Below, in pieces: positions 27,459-38,444 of a stretch of DNA of 64,000 bases. The notes under the pieces are model-generated. The model was given only the letters and a program-made list of their open reading frames with translations. It searched no databases and was not told where the DNA came from. The position numbers and the translations under genes are program-made. The stretch is taken from positions 12,167 through 76,166 of the forward strand of contig CAZOVH010000003.1 of assembly GCA_964583675.1 (NCBI GenBank). Direction: 5' to 3'. The stretch's first letter is position 1; each line of letters opens with the position of its first letter. The stretch is from an uncultured Candidatus Saccharibacteria bacterium (GTDB lineage: Bacteria; Patescibacteriota; Saccharimonadia; CAILAD01; GCA-016700035).

Positions 27459-30071
27459 TTAGCGACGCTTCTTCTTCTTTTTTGATTTTTTCTTTGGAGC
27501 TGTAGCGGTTCGACGAATGGGGCCAGACTCTCGACCAGAACGTTCAGATTCCTTCAGGGCTTTTTGCCTTGTCGGCTGAGCGGATTCAGCAGATCCCGAG
27601 GTAACTGCTTTTTTCGCCGCCTGCGTAATTTCCGTCTCAATCGCTTCGTCTTCGGGCTTATTGGTGATATCTACTCGAACCTTAAACAGCGTATGAACAA
27701 TCTCAGAATCAATCCGATGAGTCAGCATACCGAACATACGGTAAGCCTCAGCTTTATATTCAACCAACGGATCACGCTGTCCGTAACCACGCAGGCCAAT
27801 ACCATCACGCAAATGATCCATCGCCTCCAGATGTTCGAGCCAAGCAGTATCGATGGTCTTGAGACTTACGAGACGTTCAATTACCATCACACCTTCGTCA
27901 CCAAACTCCATCTCGCGAGAACGGTACATGTCTTTAGTGATTTTCATAAATTCTGCAACTAGCGCTTCTTTGTCCCGTCGTTCGACAGACTTTTCCCAAT
28001 CTTTTGGTAAAGGAATAATATCTCGAACAGCCTCGGCCAATTTCTCGATATCCAGAATTTCTGTCTGCGTATCGGTATGTACTTCAATCAGCGCATGAAA
28101 CTCGGACTCAAAAATCGGCAGCAGGTCTTCCTTGAGAGAATCTTGTTTTAAAACCCGGCGGCGACGAGCATAAATTATCTCGCGGTGCTGGTTCATCACG
28201 TCATCGTAATCAACTAAGTGCTTACGAGTATCAAAGTTATGACCCTCCACTTTTTTCTGGGCCGATTCTAGTGAGCGGGATACCATGCGATTCTCAATTG
28301 GAGTATCTTCTGGAAGTCCCAGTGCATCCATCATCGACGAGAGCTTATCGCTTCCAAAGATACGCATGAGATCATCTTCAAGTGATACATAAAATTGACT
28401 CGAACCTGCATCACCCTGACGCCCGGCGCGACCACGCAACTGATTATCAATCCGTCGCGATTCATGCCGCTCAGTACCGATTACGTGCAGTCCACCAAGC
28501 TCGTTCACCCCTTCGCCGAGTACAATGTCGGTACCGCGGCCGGCAATGTTGGTGGCCAATGTTACCGCTCCTCGTTGTCCGGCAGCAGACACAATTTCCG
28601 CCTCAGCTTCATTATTTTTAGCATTCAGCACCCGATGGGGCACGCCAACTTTGGTAAGCATGCGACTAAGTAGTTCGTTCTTTTCGATTGAAACAGTGCC
28701 CAAAAGAACCGGTTGGCCCTTTTCATGGCGTTCTTTCACCTCATCGGCCACAGCGCTAAACTTAGCCGGCAGCGTCTTATAAATTCTATCCGGCAAATCC
28801 TGTCGTACCATCGGTCTGTGGGTAGGAATAGTAGTCACTTCGAGCTTGTAGATTTTGCCAAATTCTTCGGCTTCAGTCGCCGCCGTACCCGTCATACCGG
28901 CTAGCTTGTTGTACAGGCGGAAAAGATTCTGGAAAGAGATAGTCGCCAGGGTTTGGCTTTCCTGCTGGATAGTTACACCTTCTTTAGCTTCGATGGCCTG
29001 ATGCAGCCCTTCGCTATAACGACGCCCAGGCAGCAAACGACCCGTAAACTCATCGACAATTACAATTTCGCCATCTGGAGTGACGACATAATCCTTGTCT
29101 TTTTGGAAGATAGCTTCGGCTTTAAGGGCGGACTCAATGTGATGAACGTCTTCAATACGGCCCGCCTCATACACATTATCAACGCCCAAAGCCTTTTCGA
29201 TTTTAGCAATACCCTCATCTGTCAGGCTTACTGCACGTTGCTTTTCGTCTAGCGAGTAATGTTCGTCACGGATAAGAGTTTTAGCGATTTTGGCGAACAT
29301 ATAGTAGCGGTCTGTAGATTTTGCATTGGCTTGCGAGATAATCAGTGGGGTTCGAGCCTCATCGATTAAAATTGAGTCAACTTCGTCCACAATCGCAAAG
29401 TGCAATCCACGCTGTGACATCTGATCGAGATGCTGCACCATATTATCGCGTAGATAGTCGAAGCCAAGCTCATTATTTGTAGCGTAAGTAATATCTGCCG
29501 CGTAAGCCTCTTTGCGAGTCACGGGACGCAAATGGCGGAGGCGTTCATCAGAATGATTCTCGTCGGTATACTCAGGGTCATACACAAAACTTGAATCATG
29601 CATAATCACTGCTGTCGTGAGACCAAGAAAATGATAGATTTGACCCATCCAACCGGCACCAATCCGGGCCAAATAATCGTTAACAGTGACAAGATGAGCA
29701 CCTTCACCCTCAAGAGCGTTCAAATAAAGGGGCAGGGTAGCAACCAGGGTTTTACCTTCACCAGTCTTCATTTCGGCAATCTTGCCTTCGTGCAATACGA
29801 TGCCACCAATCAACTGCACGTCAAAGTGACGCTGCCCAATAACACGCTTACTGGCTTCACGCGCCACAGCAAAGGCTTGCTCTAAAATATCATCAAGCTT
29901 TTTCCCATCCTTGAGTTGCTTACGAAACGTATCGGTTTGAGCACGCAATTCTTTATCGGAGAGCTTCTGAATTTTCGCTTCTAATGAATTTATTCGCTCC
30001 ACACGAGAACGCGCCTTTTTAATTTCGCGCGCGTTGGGATCGCCAAAGAGTGTTTTTAAATTAATCGCCAT
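27459..30071 (-). CDS. secA: Preprotein translocase ATPase SecA
   Basis: 870 aa. [11 protein letters not shown]...[14 protein letters not shown] (Walker A of the DEAD motor), with NBD, PPXD and helical scaffold and a basic C-terminal tail. Confidence 0.95.
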   Translation of the reverse strand: MAINLKTLFGDPNAREIKKARSRVERINSLEAKIQKLSDKELRAQTDTFRKQLKDGKKLDDILEQAFAVAREASKRVIGQRHFDVQLIGGIVLHEGKIAEMKTGEGKTLVATLPLYLNALEGEGAHLVTVNDYLARIGAGWMGQIYHFLGLTTAVIMHDSSFVYDPEYTDENHSDERLRHLRPVTRKEAYAADITYATNNELGFDYLRDNMVQHLDQMSQRGLHFAIVDEVDSILIDEARTPLIISQANAKSTDRYYMFAKIAKTLIRDEHYSLDEKQRAVSLTDEGIAKIEKALGVDNVYEAGRIEDVHHIESALKAEAIFQKDKDYVVTPDGEIVIVDEFTGRLLPGRRYSEGLHQAIEAKEGVTIQQESQTLATISFQNLFRLYNKLAGMTGTAATEAEEFGKIYKLEVTTIPTHRPMVRQDLPDRIYKTLPAKFSAVADEVKERHEKGQPVLLGTVSIEKNELLSRMLTKVGVPHRVLNAKNNEAEAEIVSAAGQRGAVTLATNIAGRGTDIVLGEGVNELGGLHVIGTERHESRRIDNQLRGRAGRQGDAGSSQFYVSLEDDLMRIFGSDKLSSMMDALGLPEDTPIENRMVSRSLESAQKKVEGHNFDTRKHLVDYDDVMNQHREIIYARRRRVLKQDSLKEDLLPIFESEFHALIEVHTDTQTEILDIEKLAEAVRDIIPLPKDWEKSVERRDKEALVAEFMKITKDMYRSREMEFGDEGVMVIERLVSLKTIDTAWLEHLEAMDHLRDGIGLRGYGQRDPLVEYKAEAYRMFGMLTHRIDSEIVHTLFKVRVDITNKPEDEAIETEITQAAKKAVTSGSAESAQPTRQKALKESERSGRESGPIRRTATAPKKKSKKKKKRR

Positions 30072-30130
30072 AACTAACCTTCCTATTGTACCAGATACAA
30101 CCTGTGAACCCCCTTAAAAACATATGAAGA

Positions 30131-30484
30131 TTAGGTCGTTTCGACCGAAGTATTACGCTTCAGGGTAAACCGCTTAGGCGCATGCTTTTCTTTATACTTC
30201 CGAATTTGATCCTTTAGCTTAGCTTCCAATATATCAATTGCACTGTGTGGATTCATGGTGGCGGTTTCGGCATGCAAATCTGGTCCCTGTACCTCGATGT
30301 GCGCCGAGGCAACATAACGCTTGTCTGGTGATGCCGCTTCATCACGATGCAATTCTACTCGAACGCCAACTGGACGATGGGTACGCGGGAAATACCGATC
30401 AAGCTTGGCTATTTTACGCTCAATATAGTTTGTTAGCTCGCGATCAACTTCTAACTTACGTGCTGAGACAGTGTATTTCATCAT
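30131..30484 (-). CDS. hpf: Ribosome hibernation promoting factor / ribosome-associated inhibitor (short HPF, YfiA family)
   Basis: 117-aa S30EA-family fold signature (MKYTVSARKLEV...LTNYIERKIAKLDRYF). Confidence 0.85.
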   Translation of the reverse strand: MMKYTVSARKLEVDRELTNYIERKIAKLDRYFPRTHRPVGVRVELHRDEAASPDKRYVASAHIEVQGPDLHAETATMNPHSAIDILEAKLKDQIRKYKEKHAPKRFTLKRNTSVETT

Positions 30485-31707
30485 AGATATTCCTCCCCAT
30501 AATATTTCTCAAGTGCCGCCGGCAAACGCACTCGCCCATCCTCGGTTTGGTGATTTTCTAGAATGGCGATGAGTGTGCGACTCGATGTTACTGCCGTACC
30601 ATTGAGTGTGTGCGGATGAGCTAAAAGTCCATCGGCTGTTCGATAACGGATATTCAGGCGACGCGCCTGATAAGCTGTGCAGTCGCTGCAGCTGGTGAGC
30701 TCTCTATAACTACCATCAACTGGACTCCAGTACTCCACATCATATTTTTTATAAGCCGGCGCGGAAAGATCGCCATCAGCAATACGGATAACGTGATACG
30801 GAATCTCTAACTGCTCGCAAATCGACTCTTCGATGGCGAGTATTTCTTCGAGCAGCGCCTCGCTTTTATCTGGCTGAGCATATATATACATTTCCAGCTT
30901 TTCAAACTGATGAACACGATACAAACCCTTAGAAAATTTACCATAGGCGCCAGCCTCGAGCCGGTAACAGGGTGAAGATGCCGCGAGCAAAATCGGCTTT
31001 TCTACATCAATAACTTCATCCATTGCAAACCCGGTAAGAGGCAGTTCAGCAGTTGCTATCATATTAAGATCTTCACCCTCGGCCTTATAAATCTGTCTCT
31101 CTTCACCTCGAGGCAAAAACCCAGTGCCTGCCGCAACCCGAGAGTTTACCATATTCGGCACATACAAAAACTCAAAGCCGCGTCGACGTAATTCTGCTTT
31201 TGCTAACGCCTGTACCGCATCCCACAAACGTACACCACGATCGCGCAAATAGTAAAAACGACTCCCAGCCACTTTGGCGCCGGCTTCAAAATCTATAAAA
31301 TTGAGCGTCTCGTTCAAGGCCAAATGGTCTTTTGGCTCGAAACCAAATTCTGGCTTAGTACCACCAACTCGAACTTCTTCACTCGCATCTTCTCCACCTT
31401 CGGGCGTACCCTCTGCAATGAGATTAGGAATATCTTCCAGTAGCCGCTGCCACTCGGCCTCAACATACTTCAGCTCTTCTTCATGGCGCGCCAACTCTTG
31501 CTTGTCTTTTTGCAGTTGCGCTAGCTGCTCTTCAGTAGGCTTACCAGCGAGCTTCAGCTTGGAACGAGCAACTTCAACCAAAGGGATCAGCTCTGAACGG
31601 CGCATGTCGAGCTTCAACCATCGATCAAGATCCACCGACATATTACGGCGAGCAATCGAAGCGCGCACTTCATCGGTATTATCTCGAATATAAGCCGGGG
31701 TTAACAT
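30481..31707 (-). CDS. serS: Seryl-tRNA synthetase
   Basis: N-terminal coiled-coil arm and class II motifs with a SerRS-type catalytic core (FEKLEMY...TSSRTLIAILENHQ). Confidence 0.9.
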   Translation of the reverse strand: MLTPAYIRDNTDEVRASIARRNMSVDLDRWLKLDMRRSELIPLVEVARSKLKLAGKPTEEQLAQLQKDKQELARHEEELKYVEAEWQRLLEDIPNLIAEGTPEGGEDASEEVRVGGTKPEFGFEPKDHLALNETLNFIDFEAGAKVAGSRFYYLRDRGVRLWDAVQALAKAELRRRGFEFLYVPNMVNSRVAAGTGFLPRGEERQIYKAEGEDLNMIATAELPLTGFAMDEVIDVEKPILLAASSPCYRLEAGAYGKFSKGLYRVHQFEKLEMYIYAQPDKSEALLEEILAIEESICEQLEIPYHVIRIADGDLSAPAYKKYDVEYWSPVDGSYRELTSCSDCTAYQARRLNIRYRTADGLLAHPHTLNGTAVTSSRTLIAILENHQTEDGRVRLPAALEKYYGEEYL

Positions 31708-31725
31708 GCCTTTATTATACCACCC

Positions 31726-33282
31726 CTAGAGAACTGCCTTGAGGCGCTCAAGTACAAAATCACGCTCCAAACTCGCCAAAAATGGCCCCAGCTTTGGACC
31801 CGCCGTCTTACCAATTAGCAACTCATAGAGCACCTTAAACGCGTCTTTTGGTTGCAACCCGACAGTTTGAGCCGTAGAAAAAATAACCGACTGCAAATTC
31901 TCGCCATCCCAGGCGACTGCTTGCAAATGCTGATGTAGTGAGTCTAGAAAGGATTGCTGAGCGACATCAAGCTGGAGCTGAGGGGCTTCATCTAAAATCG
32001 AAAACTTTAAGGCTTCTGGAGCGAACCGCTCTAACCATGCCGCAACATACGTGAGCTCCCTAAGGATCACACTGGCGTCTTCGCGAACGGCTCGAGCGTG
32101 CCCAGTTTTGGTAAGTAGCTCCAAAACACGCTCGCTATCACCACGTGCAGTTTGATACACCGTAGCCAGATGAGTAAATGGTACAGTCGACACCGTAGCA
32201 TGCTCCTGATCAAGTGCAGAGACTGCCCAGGCGTCCTTAAATGACGTAGCTTCACCGCTGCGTACAGCCGCCTCTGTAGCTGCGTACTCATCAATGAGCT
32301 GCCCCATGCCAATACCCGGATCGAAAGCCAAAACCTTCTGAGGCAAGCTCTTAAACACAAAGTAACGCAAGATATCCGGCGGAATTACTTCTAGGGCATC
32401 CGCAATCGTGACCAAATTCCCCAGTGATGAACTCATTTTTTGATTATCGCCCTTGAGATTAATAGGATTAAACGGCACCGCGATTGGCGGCTCGGCATCA
32501 AAAATTTCCCGCACAATTGCAGCACCAGTTTCGTAACTTCCACCTTTAGTAGCATGTTCCTTACCAAAGCCCTCAACATCAACGCCTAAGATAGCCCAAC
32601 GAGCCGGCCAATCTACACGCCAATCAAGCTTTACTTCACCGGCACGTACGTCTGCTTGATGTACAGCACCATCAGCTGCACGATATTCAACCGTGTAGGT
32701 ATTCGCATCAAATCCCAGATACTCAGCCGTTCTCAGGCTCTTGGTGGTAGTATCCAATATCTGGATGGGCTGCCAATCGGCCGGCACCTCACGCTGTGAG
32801 ACTTTTGCTAGAATACGGGCAACTTCGTCGCGACGAGTGAGGGCAGTAATAATCGCGTCGGCAAAAACTCCCCGCTGATATTCTTGGTGTGACCGCCAAA
32901 TCTCCATGGGTATTTCCAGCTTTTTCGCAGCTGCCGCATACTCAGAAAAATAGTAATCAGCGTAACTACGGTCACTATCATCTGGGGCTGGGACCAAATA
33001 TACCGGTCTACCAACTTCTGCCTCAAATTTTTCCGGTAAATATGGGTAGCGCTTACGCAGCGCATCAGAGTCATCAACATTATGAATATGCAGCGCCTCG
33101 CGACCACGCACTTCTAGCCCGCGGCGCACAGCTTCGGCTGTCAAAATCTCGCGAGCATGCCCAACGTGATACGGGCCTGATGGCGTAATACCCGAAGCCA
33201 CCAAAATCCTTCCGCCCTGCTTGCGGACTTCAATTTCGTCTAATAATGCGTTGAGCCAATATTTTGATGTATGTTCAGTCAT
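31726..33282 (-). CDS. lysK: Class I (archaeal-type) lysyl-tRNA synthetase
   Basis: HIGH-type motif GPYHVGH near the N-terminus and a KMSSS motif (NQKMSSSLGN), the hallmark of class I LysRS. Length 518 aa. Confidence 0.75.
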   Translation of the reverse strand: MTEHTSKYWLNALLDEIEVRKQGGRILVASGITPSGPYHVGHAREILTAEAVRRGLEVRGREALHIHNVDDSDALRKRYPYLPEKFEAEVGRPVYLVPAPDDSDRSYADYYFSEYAAAAKKLEIPMEIWRSHQEYQRGVFADAIITALTRRDEVARILAKVSQREVPADWQPIQILDTTTKSLRTAEYLGFDANTYTVEYRAADGAVHQADVRAGEVKLDWRVDWPARWAILGVDVEGFGKEHATKGGSYETGAAIVREIFDAEPPIAVPFNPINLKGDNQKMSSSLGNLVTIADALEVIPPDILRYFVFKSLPQKVLAFDPGIGMGQLIDEYAATEAAVRSGEATSFKDAWAVSALDQEHATVSTVPFTHLATVYQTARGDSERVLELLTKTGHARAVREDASVILRELTYVAAWLERFAPEALKFSILDEAPQLQLDVAQQSFLDSLHQHLQAVAWDGENLQSVIFSTAQTVGLQPKDAFKVLYELLIGKTAGPKLGPFLASLERDFVLERLKAVL

Positions 33283-33319
33283 ATGCTTTTCCTATTTTAC
33301 CAGTTTTTTATCTCTTCAT

Positions 33320-33350
33320 AAGAAAAACCACCTGCTTACGAGGTGGCTTT
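33320..33350 (-). terminator. Rho-independent terminator downstream of greA
   Basis: On the minus strand the sequence reads aaagCCACCTcgtaagcAGGTGGttttt. Confidence 0.6.
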
Positions 33351-33374
33351 CAGGCGATGCTTCGGCTGCTTGTG

Positions 33375-33836
33375 CTAGCTAATCTTATTGATCTTATAGA
33401 CTATCACGCCGGCCGGAACTTCAATTTCCACCTCGTCACCAGGCTTTTTACCAATCAGCGCCTTACCGATTGGGCTTTCATTGGAGATCTTACCAGTTGC
33501 TGGATCAGCTTCGGTCGAACCAACAATCTCAAACTCTTGTGTGCCACCTTCGAGTTCAACGTGCACAGTCGAGCCAACATCCACTTTATCTACACTACCT
33601 TTTTCAATAGCGACTACGTTCTTGAGGATATTTTCAATCTCGGCGATACGCCCCTCAATAAATGCCTGCCGCTCTTTGGCGTCATCCCAGCTAGCGTTTT
33701 CGGAAAGATCACCAAATTCCTTAGCTTCTTTTAAAGCTGCCGCAATTTTTTTGCGCTGTACATTGACCAAATCATCGAGCTCTGCGCGCAACTTCTCGAT
33801 TCCTTCACTGGTAACATAGATTGCTTTCTTATTCAT
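33375..33836 (-). CDS. greA: Transcription elongation factor GreA
   Basis: MNKKAIYVTSEG..LRAEL..., an N-terminal coiled-coil finger with the conserved acidic tip, and a C-terminal FKBP-like domain. RBS AGGAGG/AAGGAG before the ATG at 33836. Confidence 0.9.
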   Translation of the reverse strand: MNKKAIYVTSEGIEKLRAELDDLVNVQRKKIAAALKEAKEFGDLSENASWDDAKERQAFIEGRIAEIENILKNVVAIEKGSVDKVDVGSTVHVELEGGTQEFEIVGSTEADPATGKISNESPIGKALIGKKPGDEVEIEVPAGVIVYKINKIS

Positions 33837-33867
33837 AATAACTCCTTGCACCCTCCTAGTAGTGGAA

Positions 33868-33903
33868 ACATTTCTAAGAAAAAAAGGCCTCAATCCTGAG
33901 CCT
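33868..33903 (-). promoter_or_regulatory. Terminator-like hairpin plus U7 tract in the greA 5' leader (candidate attenuator)
   Basis: The minus strand reads aGGCUCaggauuGAGGCCuuuuuuu about 35 nt upstream of the greA ATG. A TTGACG...AATAAT promoter-like element lies further upstream, at about 33935-33965. Confidence 0.3.
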
Positions 33904-33990
33904 TGCTAGACGTGCTCCACCAGGTTTTAATCCTTGTCGGAACGTATTATTGCACGGCATATCTTAGCTCGTCAAGCGATTTTTTCGAAA

Positions 33991-35925
33991 CTATTTCTTA
34001 CCTTCGGTGAAATACCACTTAAGAGAGTCTCGTACTACTGGTAGAGCAAATTCAGCTCCTTCTCCAGAGTTTTCTACCAGTGCCACAATAACGATTTCGG
34101 GATTTTCATACGGAGCATAGGCCTCAAACCAAGCGTGAGGCTTGGTACGCCGGTTTTTACCATCAAAGCCCTCCGAACTTGTCTCGGCCGTTCCGGTCTT
34201 ACCTGCTACCGCTACAGGCACCTCACGACTCGTTGAACAACAGCCAGTTCCCGACGTAATCACATCACGCATGCCTTTTTGTACCATACTTAAATACTCT
34301 GGCTTAATAAAATCAGAACGAACCTTCTGTGAATCCACCGAACGCACTGTTTTTCCATTCTCATCCACTACTTCCTTGACTAAATACGGCTTATATAGCG
34401 TGCCGCCATTAGCAATAGAGGAAAGAGCTGTTGCTAGCTGTAATGGGCTGGCCATAAAATTCCCCTGACCAATCGAGATATTGTAGGTATCACCCACATA
34501 CCAATCCTCGCCAGTATTTTTCTTTTTCGTCTCTGGAGTCGGCAAAAATCCAGCCGTTTCGTCACCAATATCTAATCCAGTTTTGGAACCAAATCCAAAC
34601 TTTTTGTAATAGTCCAGCAATTTAGCCGCACCAAGACCCTTAAAATTCTGATAGCCACCACCGACCATGTAGTAAAACACATCCGAACTCATCGCGAGCG
34701 CTCGATATACATCAACCATACCCAAACCTTCGGGCTTCCAACTAGAAAACTCGTACACTATCGAAGGGTCATACTGGTTGGGCACCAAAAGCTCACCATC
34801 ATCTTTGATGACGGTCGAGGCATTAATAATGTTCTCCTGGAAAGCGGCCGCGGAAACAAATGGCTTAATTACCGAGCCAACGGGATACGTGCCACCCGAA
34901 ACCTTGTTGAATAATGGTCGGTTAGGGTCATTCAAGAGGCTTTGATACGTATCCTGCTTGATACCCTGTGCAAATAAGTTGTTATCGTAGCTTGGGTAAT
35001 TTACAGCCGCCAGAATTTGTCCGTTGCGGGGATCTAGAGCAACTGCCGCACCTCGACCAGAGCCAGCAGCCGTGGCTTCGCGAGCCAAGGCTTCGCTCAT
35101 AACTTTTTGCAAACCAAAATTGACTGTCAGTTTCAGCGAGTTGCCAGCAGTAGGATCTTTTGCAGCGAGAACCTTAATTGGCTTTCCAGTAGCGTCAACC
35201 TCAGATTGCTCGGCACCGGCTTCACCTCGTAAATCTTTCTCGTAGGCGCGCTCAATACCAACCTTACCGATATAGTCGGTTGGTCGATATTCCTTTTCTA
35301 CCTTCAAATCATCGGCAGAAACACGCCCTGTATAGCCCAGAAAATGCGCAAGCTGACCACCGTCCAAATATTCTCTAATTGGATTGGTGTCCAGGTCAAC
35401 ACCTGGAAGTTCATTCTTTTGCTCCTCAACCACCAAGGCAATTTCGCGCGGAACACTCTCCTGTATCAACGTCGGCAATGGTGAAGCTGGGCCGTCTTTT
35501 TCGACCTTTTGTTTAATCTCTTCGGCAGATTGCCCGGTAATTTTGCTCAGCCTCTCATAGACTTGCTGTCGCTCTTCGGTCTTCTTCGGCATACGAGCCG
35601 CTATCGCAACTAAATCAAAATTAGCCACGTTGCGGGCCAGAAGTTCACCCCGGCTATCGTAGATTGCACCACGAGGAGCTCGAATGACATTTTGCCGAAT
35701 GCGGTTACCGTCGGCCAGAGACTGATTACGTGCCCCCTGAACCACCTGCAGGTTAAATAGCTGCCCCAAAAGAACCGCACTTACGATGCCGGCCACAATC
35801 ACAAACCATTTCAGATGGCTAAAGCCCATTTCAGAGCCCGAGCGATTTTCACCACTACCAGGAAGAATCGCCACCGACCAAGCTTCACTATCGGTAACTT
35901 TCTGTTCCTTGCGAGACAATCTCAT
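33991..35925 (-). CDS. mrdA: Penicillin-binding protein 2 (class B transpeptidase, elongasome)
   Basis: N-terminal TM, dimerisation domain and transpeptidase motifs (SxxK, SxN, KTG: ...VAGKTGTAE). Sits upstream of greA and downstream of mreBCD. Confidence 0.85.
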   Translation of the reverse strand: MRLSRKEQKVTDSEAWSVAILPGSGENRSGSEMGFSHLKWFVIVAGIVSAVLLGQLFNLQVVQGARNQSLADGNRIRQNVIRAPRGAIYDSRGELLARNVANFDLVAIAARMPKKTEERQQVYERLSKITGQSAEEIKQKVEKDGPASPLPTLIQESVPREIALVVEEQKNELPGVDLDTNPIREYLDGGQLAHFLGYTGRVSADDLKVEKEYRPTDYIGKVGIERAYEKDLRGEAGAEQSEVDATGKPIKVLAAKDPTAGNSLKLTVNFGLQKVMSEALAREATAAGSGRGAAVALDPRNGQILAAVNYPSYDNNLFAQGIKQDTYQSLLNDPNRPLFNKVSGGTYPVGSVIKPFVSAAAFQENIINASTVIKDDGELLVPNQYDPSIVYEFSSWKPEGLGMVDVYRALAMSSDVFYYMVGGGYQNFKGLGAAKLLDYYKKFGFGSKTGLDIGDETAGFLPTPETKKKNTGEDWYVGDTYNISIGQGNFMASPLQLATALSSIANGGTLYKPYLVKEVVDENGKTVRSVDSQKVRSDFIKPEYLSMVQKGMRDVITSGTGCCSTSREVPVAVAGKTGTAETSSEGFDGKNRRTKPHAWFEAYAPYENPEIVIVALVENSGEGAEFALPVVRDSLKWYFTEGKK

Positions 35926-35993
35926 ATCTCGTCCAGCGCTGTGATTTCCAAAAATTGATCGCGCGATGATATACCCCTCTTATGTAACACTTA

Positions 35994-36485
35994 CTATGGC
36001 AAACGGTAATGTGGGTGGGTTTGTTGCCGCCTATCACTCAAGCCCACAATCAGCAGCAGAATACCACTATTATACAATAACTCCACACAGATTCGAACAG
36101 CCGCATTACCAATCTGCGCTGTTAAAACCTCGGCTGGCAATGTTGCATAGAGAACAATGTTAAAAATTATTGTAGCGCTAATTATCAACGCCAACTGAAA
36201 AGACCACTTATTAGCATCACGCCCCTCCCGAAATACCAACTTCGAGGCAAGCATCACAAGGAATAGGCCGAGTAGCGTAAGACCAGTAGGTAGCACGCTC
36301 CCAACCTCTAAAATCGCGCCCATCATCACAATCAGTAGCGTCATCGAAATATATTCAAGTTTGGGCGCGTACCAAACTACAAAAATAAGCGCCAAATTTG
36401 GTATTACCCAGCTAGAACCAACCGCGTGCAATCCAACCTGCAACAAACTTATGAGGATTGCCAGTACTGCAATGCGCGGCCTCAA
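35994..36485 (-). CDS. mreD: Rod shape-determining protein MreD
   Basis: 163-aa polytopic membrane protein immediately after mreC. Confidence 0.6.
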   Translation of the reverse strand: MRPRIAVLAILISLLQVGLHAVGSSWVIPNLALIFVVWYAPKLEYISMTLLIVMMGAILEVGSVLPTGLTLLGLFLVMLASKLVFREGRDANKWSFQLALIISATIIFNIVLYATLPAEVLTAQIGNAAVRICVELLYNSGILLLIVGLSDRRQQTHPHYRLP

Positions 36486-36489
36486 ATTA

Positions 36490-37293
36490 CTATCCCTTCA
36501 CCACAAACACAAGCTCTAGGCGCTGAGTATCGACGAGTGGTTTTACGTTTGCAGCCTGAAATATTTCATTATCGCTTCTATCAATTGACTCAATTGTTCC
36601 TATAGGTAAGCCCTTAGGAATACGGTCACTCCCCGCACTCATCACATACTCACCCACATCAATCACTTCATTCTGCGCGATTTGCTCCATCCTGAGACCA
36701 CTCCCAAGCTGGCCGCGAACAATTCCTTTAGCCCTACCATTTTGCGTCATCGCTAAAATGCGAAATTCTGGATCGCTCACCAAAAAGACATCGCTCGATT
36801 TGTCATGCACCCGCTCAATTTTGCCAATTATCGCCCCCGAGCTCACTACTGCCATCCCCTCTACAACTCCATCCGACCTACCTACATCAATCGTGATATT
36901 GCGCCGAACATTATCGGCGCTATAAGCTACAACTCTCGCGCCAACCAGATCGAGCTTTTGCTCATCAGAAAAATTTAACTGTGCCCGCAAAAGTGCGTTC
37001 TCTTTTTCCAACTCTTTTAATTTGACGAGTTCAGCCTCTTTTTCGCTTACGCGTCGCTGCAAATCGATGTTTTCTTGGCTCAACCGCCCGAGCGAACCCA
37101 GGGTTGCAATACTATTTCCGGTCCAACGCCCAACGCCCGCAAACGTATTGGTAATTGGCTGAGTGAGCGCATCAATAACTATACGAAACGGGCGCCACAA
37201 ACCAAGCAACTGAAACAGCAGTACACCTGAAATGATTACGAGCGAAATAATAATGGCTATTCGTGAACGAGAATGCGGTTTAGAGCGCTGCAT
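36490..37293 (-). CDS. mreC: Rod shape-determining protein MreC
   Basis: N-terminal TM, coiled coil, then a beta-rich periplasmic domain. It lies between mreB and mreD. Confidence 0.8.
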   Translation of the reverse strand: MQRSKPHSRSRIAIIISLVIISGVLLFQLLGLWRPFRIVIDALTQPITNTFAGVGRWTGNSIATLGSLGRLSQENIDLQRRVSEKEAELVKLKELEKENALLRAQLNFSDEQKLDLVGARVVAYSADNVRRNITIDVGRSDGVVEGMAVVSSGAIIGKIERVHDKSSDVFLVSDPEFRILAMTQNGRAKGIVRGQLGSGLRMEQIAQNEVIDVGEYVMSAGSDRIPKGLPIGTIESIDRSDNEIFQAANVKPLVDTQRLELVFVVKG

Positions 37294-37310
37294 ATACTTT
37301 AGAGTCTACC

Positions 37311-38381
37311 TTAGCGCGGAGTTTTTTCGTACTGTGTTGAAACTAGAACGTCTTTTAAGGTATCAATATCTTCGAGTACAGCGCCAGTTCCACGAGCAAC
37401 CGCCGTTAAAGGATCTTCCACAATTACAACTGGCATTTTTGTTTGCTGCGTTAAGAGCTCATCGAGACCACGCAGCAACGCTCCACCACCAGCAAGATGA
37501 ATCCCCCGATCCATAATGTCAGCAATCAATTCTGGCGGCGTTTCTTCGATAGTATCTTTTACTGCATTCACGATGGCCCGGACTGACTTCGAGAGTGCCG
37601 TACGGACTTGATCGGAGTTAATAATTACTTCCTTCGGTAGACCGGTCACAATATCGCGACCGCGGATTGGCGCCTCAAGAACCTGCTCCAACTCACAGGC
37701 CGAGCCAACTGAAAGCTTAATCGCTTCAGCCGTGCGCTCACCAACCTGTAGGTTAAACTCTTCTTTCGCAAAGGCGATAATATCTTCAGTAAGCTCGTCA
37801 CCAGCAATACGAATTGAACGCGAGGCCACAATCCCGCCCAGAGAGATAACCGCCACTTCGCTAGTACCACCACCGATATCAACAATCATTGAACCCGCAG
37901 CATCGTTAATCGGCAACTCTGCGCCGACTGCTGCTGCCATTGGCTCTTCAATGAGATAGGCTGAACGAGCGCCAGCATTTGTGGCTGCATCCTCTACAGC
38001 ACGCTTCTCTACTTCCGTTACGCCCGACGGAATACCAATCACTACACGGGGACGCGGGATCAGTGCAAAGTGTGCCTTATGCACTTTATCAATAAAATAT
38101 TTCAGCATCTGCTCAGTCACTTCAAAATCAGAAACCACACCGTCTACAAGCGGACGCGAAGCTACAATATTTGCTGGTGTCTTCCCAACCATGCGCTTCG
38201 CCTCATCACCAATGGCTAAAATCTGCCGGGTCTTGTTATTGATCGCCACCACACTTGGCTCGTCAATAATAATACCCTTGCCACGCAGGTACACCAAAGT
38301 ATTGGCCGTCCCCAAATCGATGCCAATATCGTGAGACAGCCGCCCGATAAATTCTGGTAGACGGACTCTTGGAAATTTCAT
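37311..38381 (-). CDS. mreB: Rod shape-determining protein MreB
   Basis: IGIDLGTANTLVY..., phosphate-1 and phosphate-2, adenosine and connect motifs of the actin/Hsp70 fold. 356 aa. Confidence 0.92.
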   Translation of the reverse strand: MKFPRVRLPEFIGRLSHDIGIDLGTANTLVYLRGKGIIIDEPSVVAINNKTRQILAIGDEAKRMVGKTPANIVASRPLVDGVVSDFEVTEQMLKYFIDKVHKAHFALIPRPRVVIGIPSGVTEVEKRAVEDAATNAGARSAYLIEEPMAAAVGAELPINDAAGSMIVDIGGGTSEVAVISLGGIVASRSIRIAGDELTEDIIAFAKEEFNLQVGERTAEAIKLSVGSACELEQVLEAPIRGRDIVTGLPKEVIINSDQVRTALSKSVRAIVNAVKDTIEETPPELIADIMDRGIHLAGGGALLRGLDELLTQQTKMPVVIVEDPLTAVARGTGAVLEDIDTLKDVLVSTQYEKTPR

Positions 38382-38444
38382 TACCTCTAGTTTATCAGGA
38401 GTGACTACCTGGTACTAGGGCAATCCTGCACTAATCTATGCATA

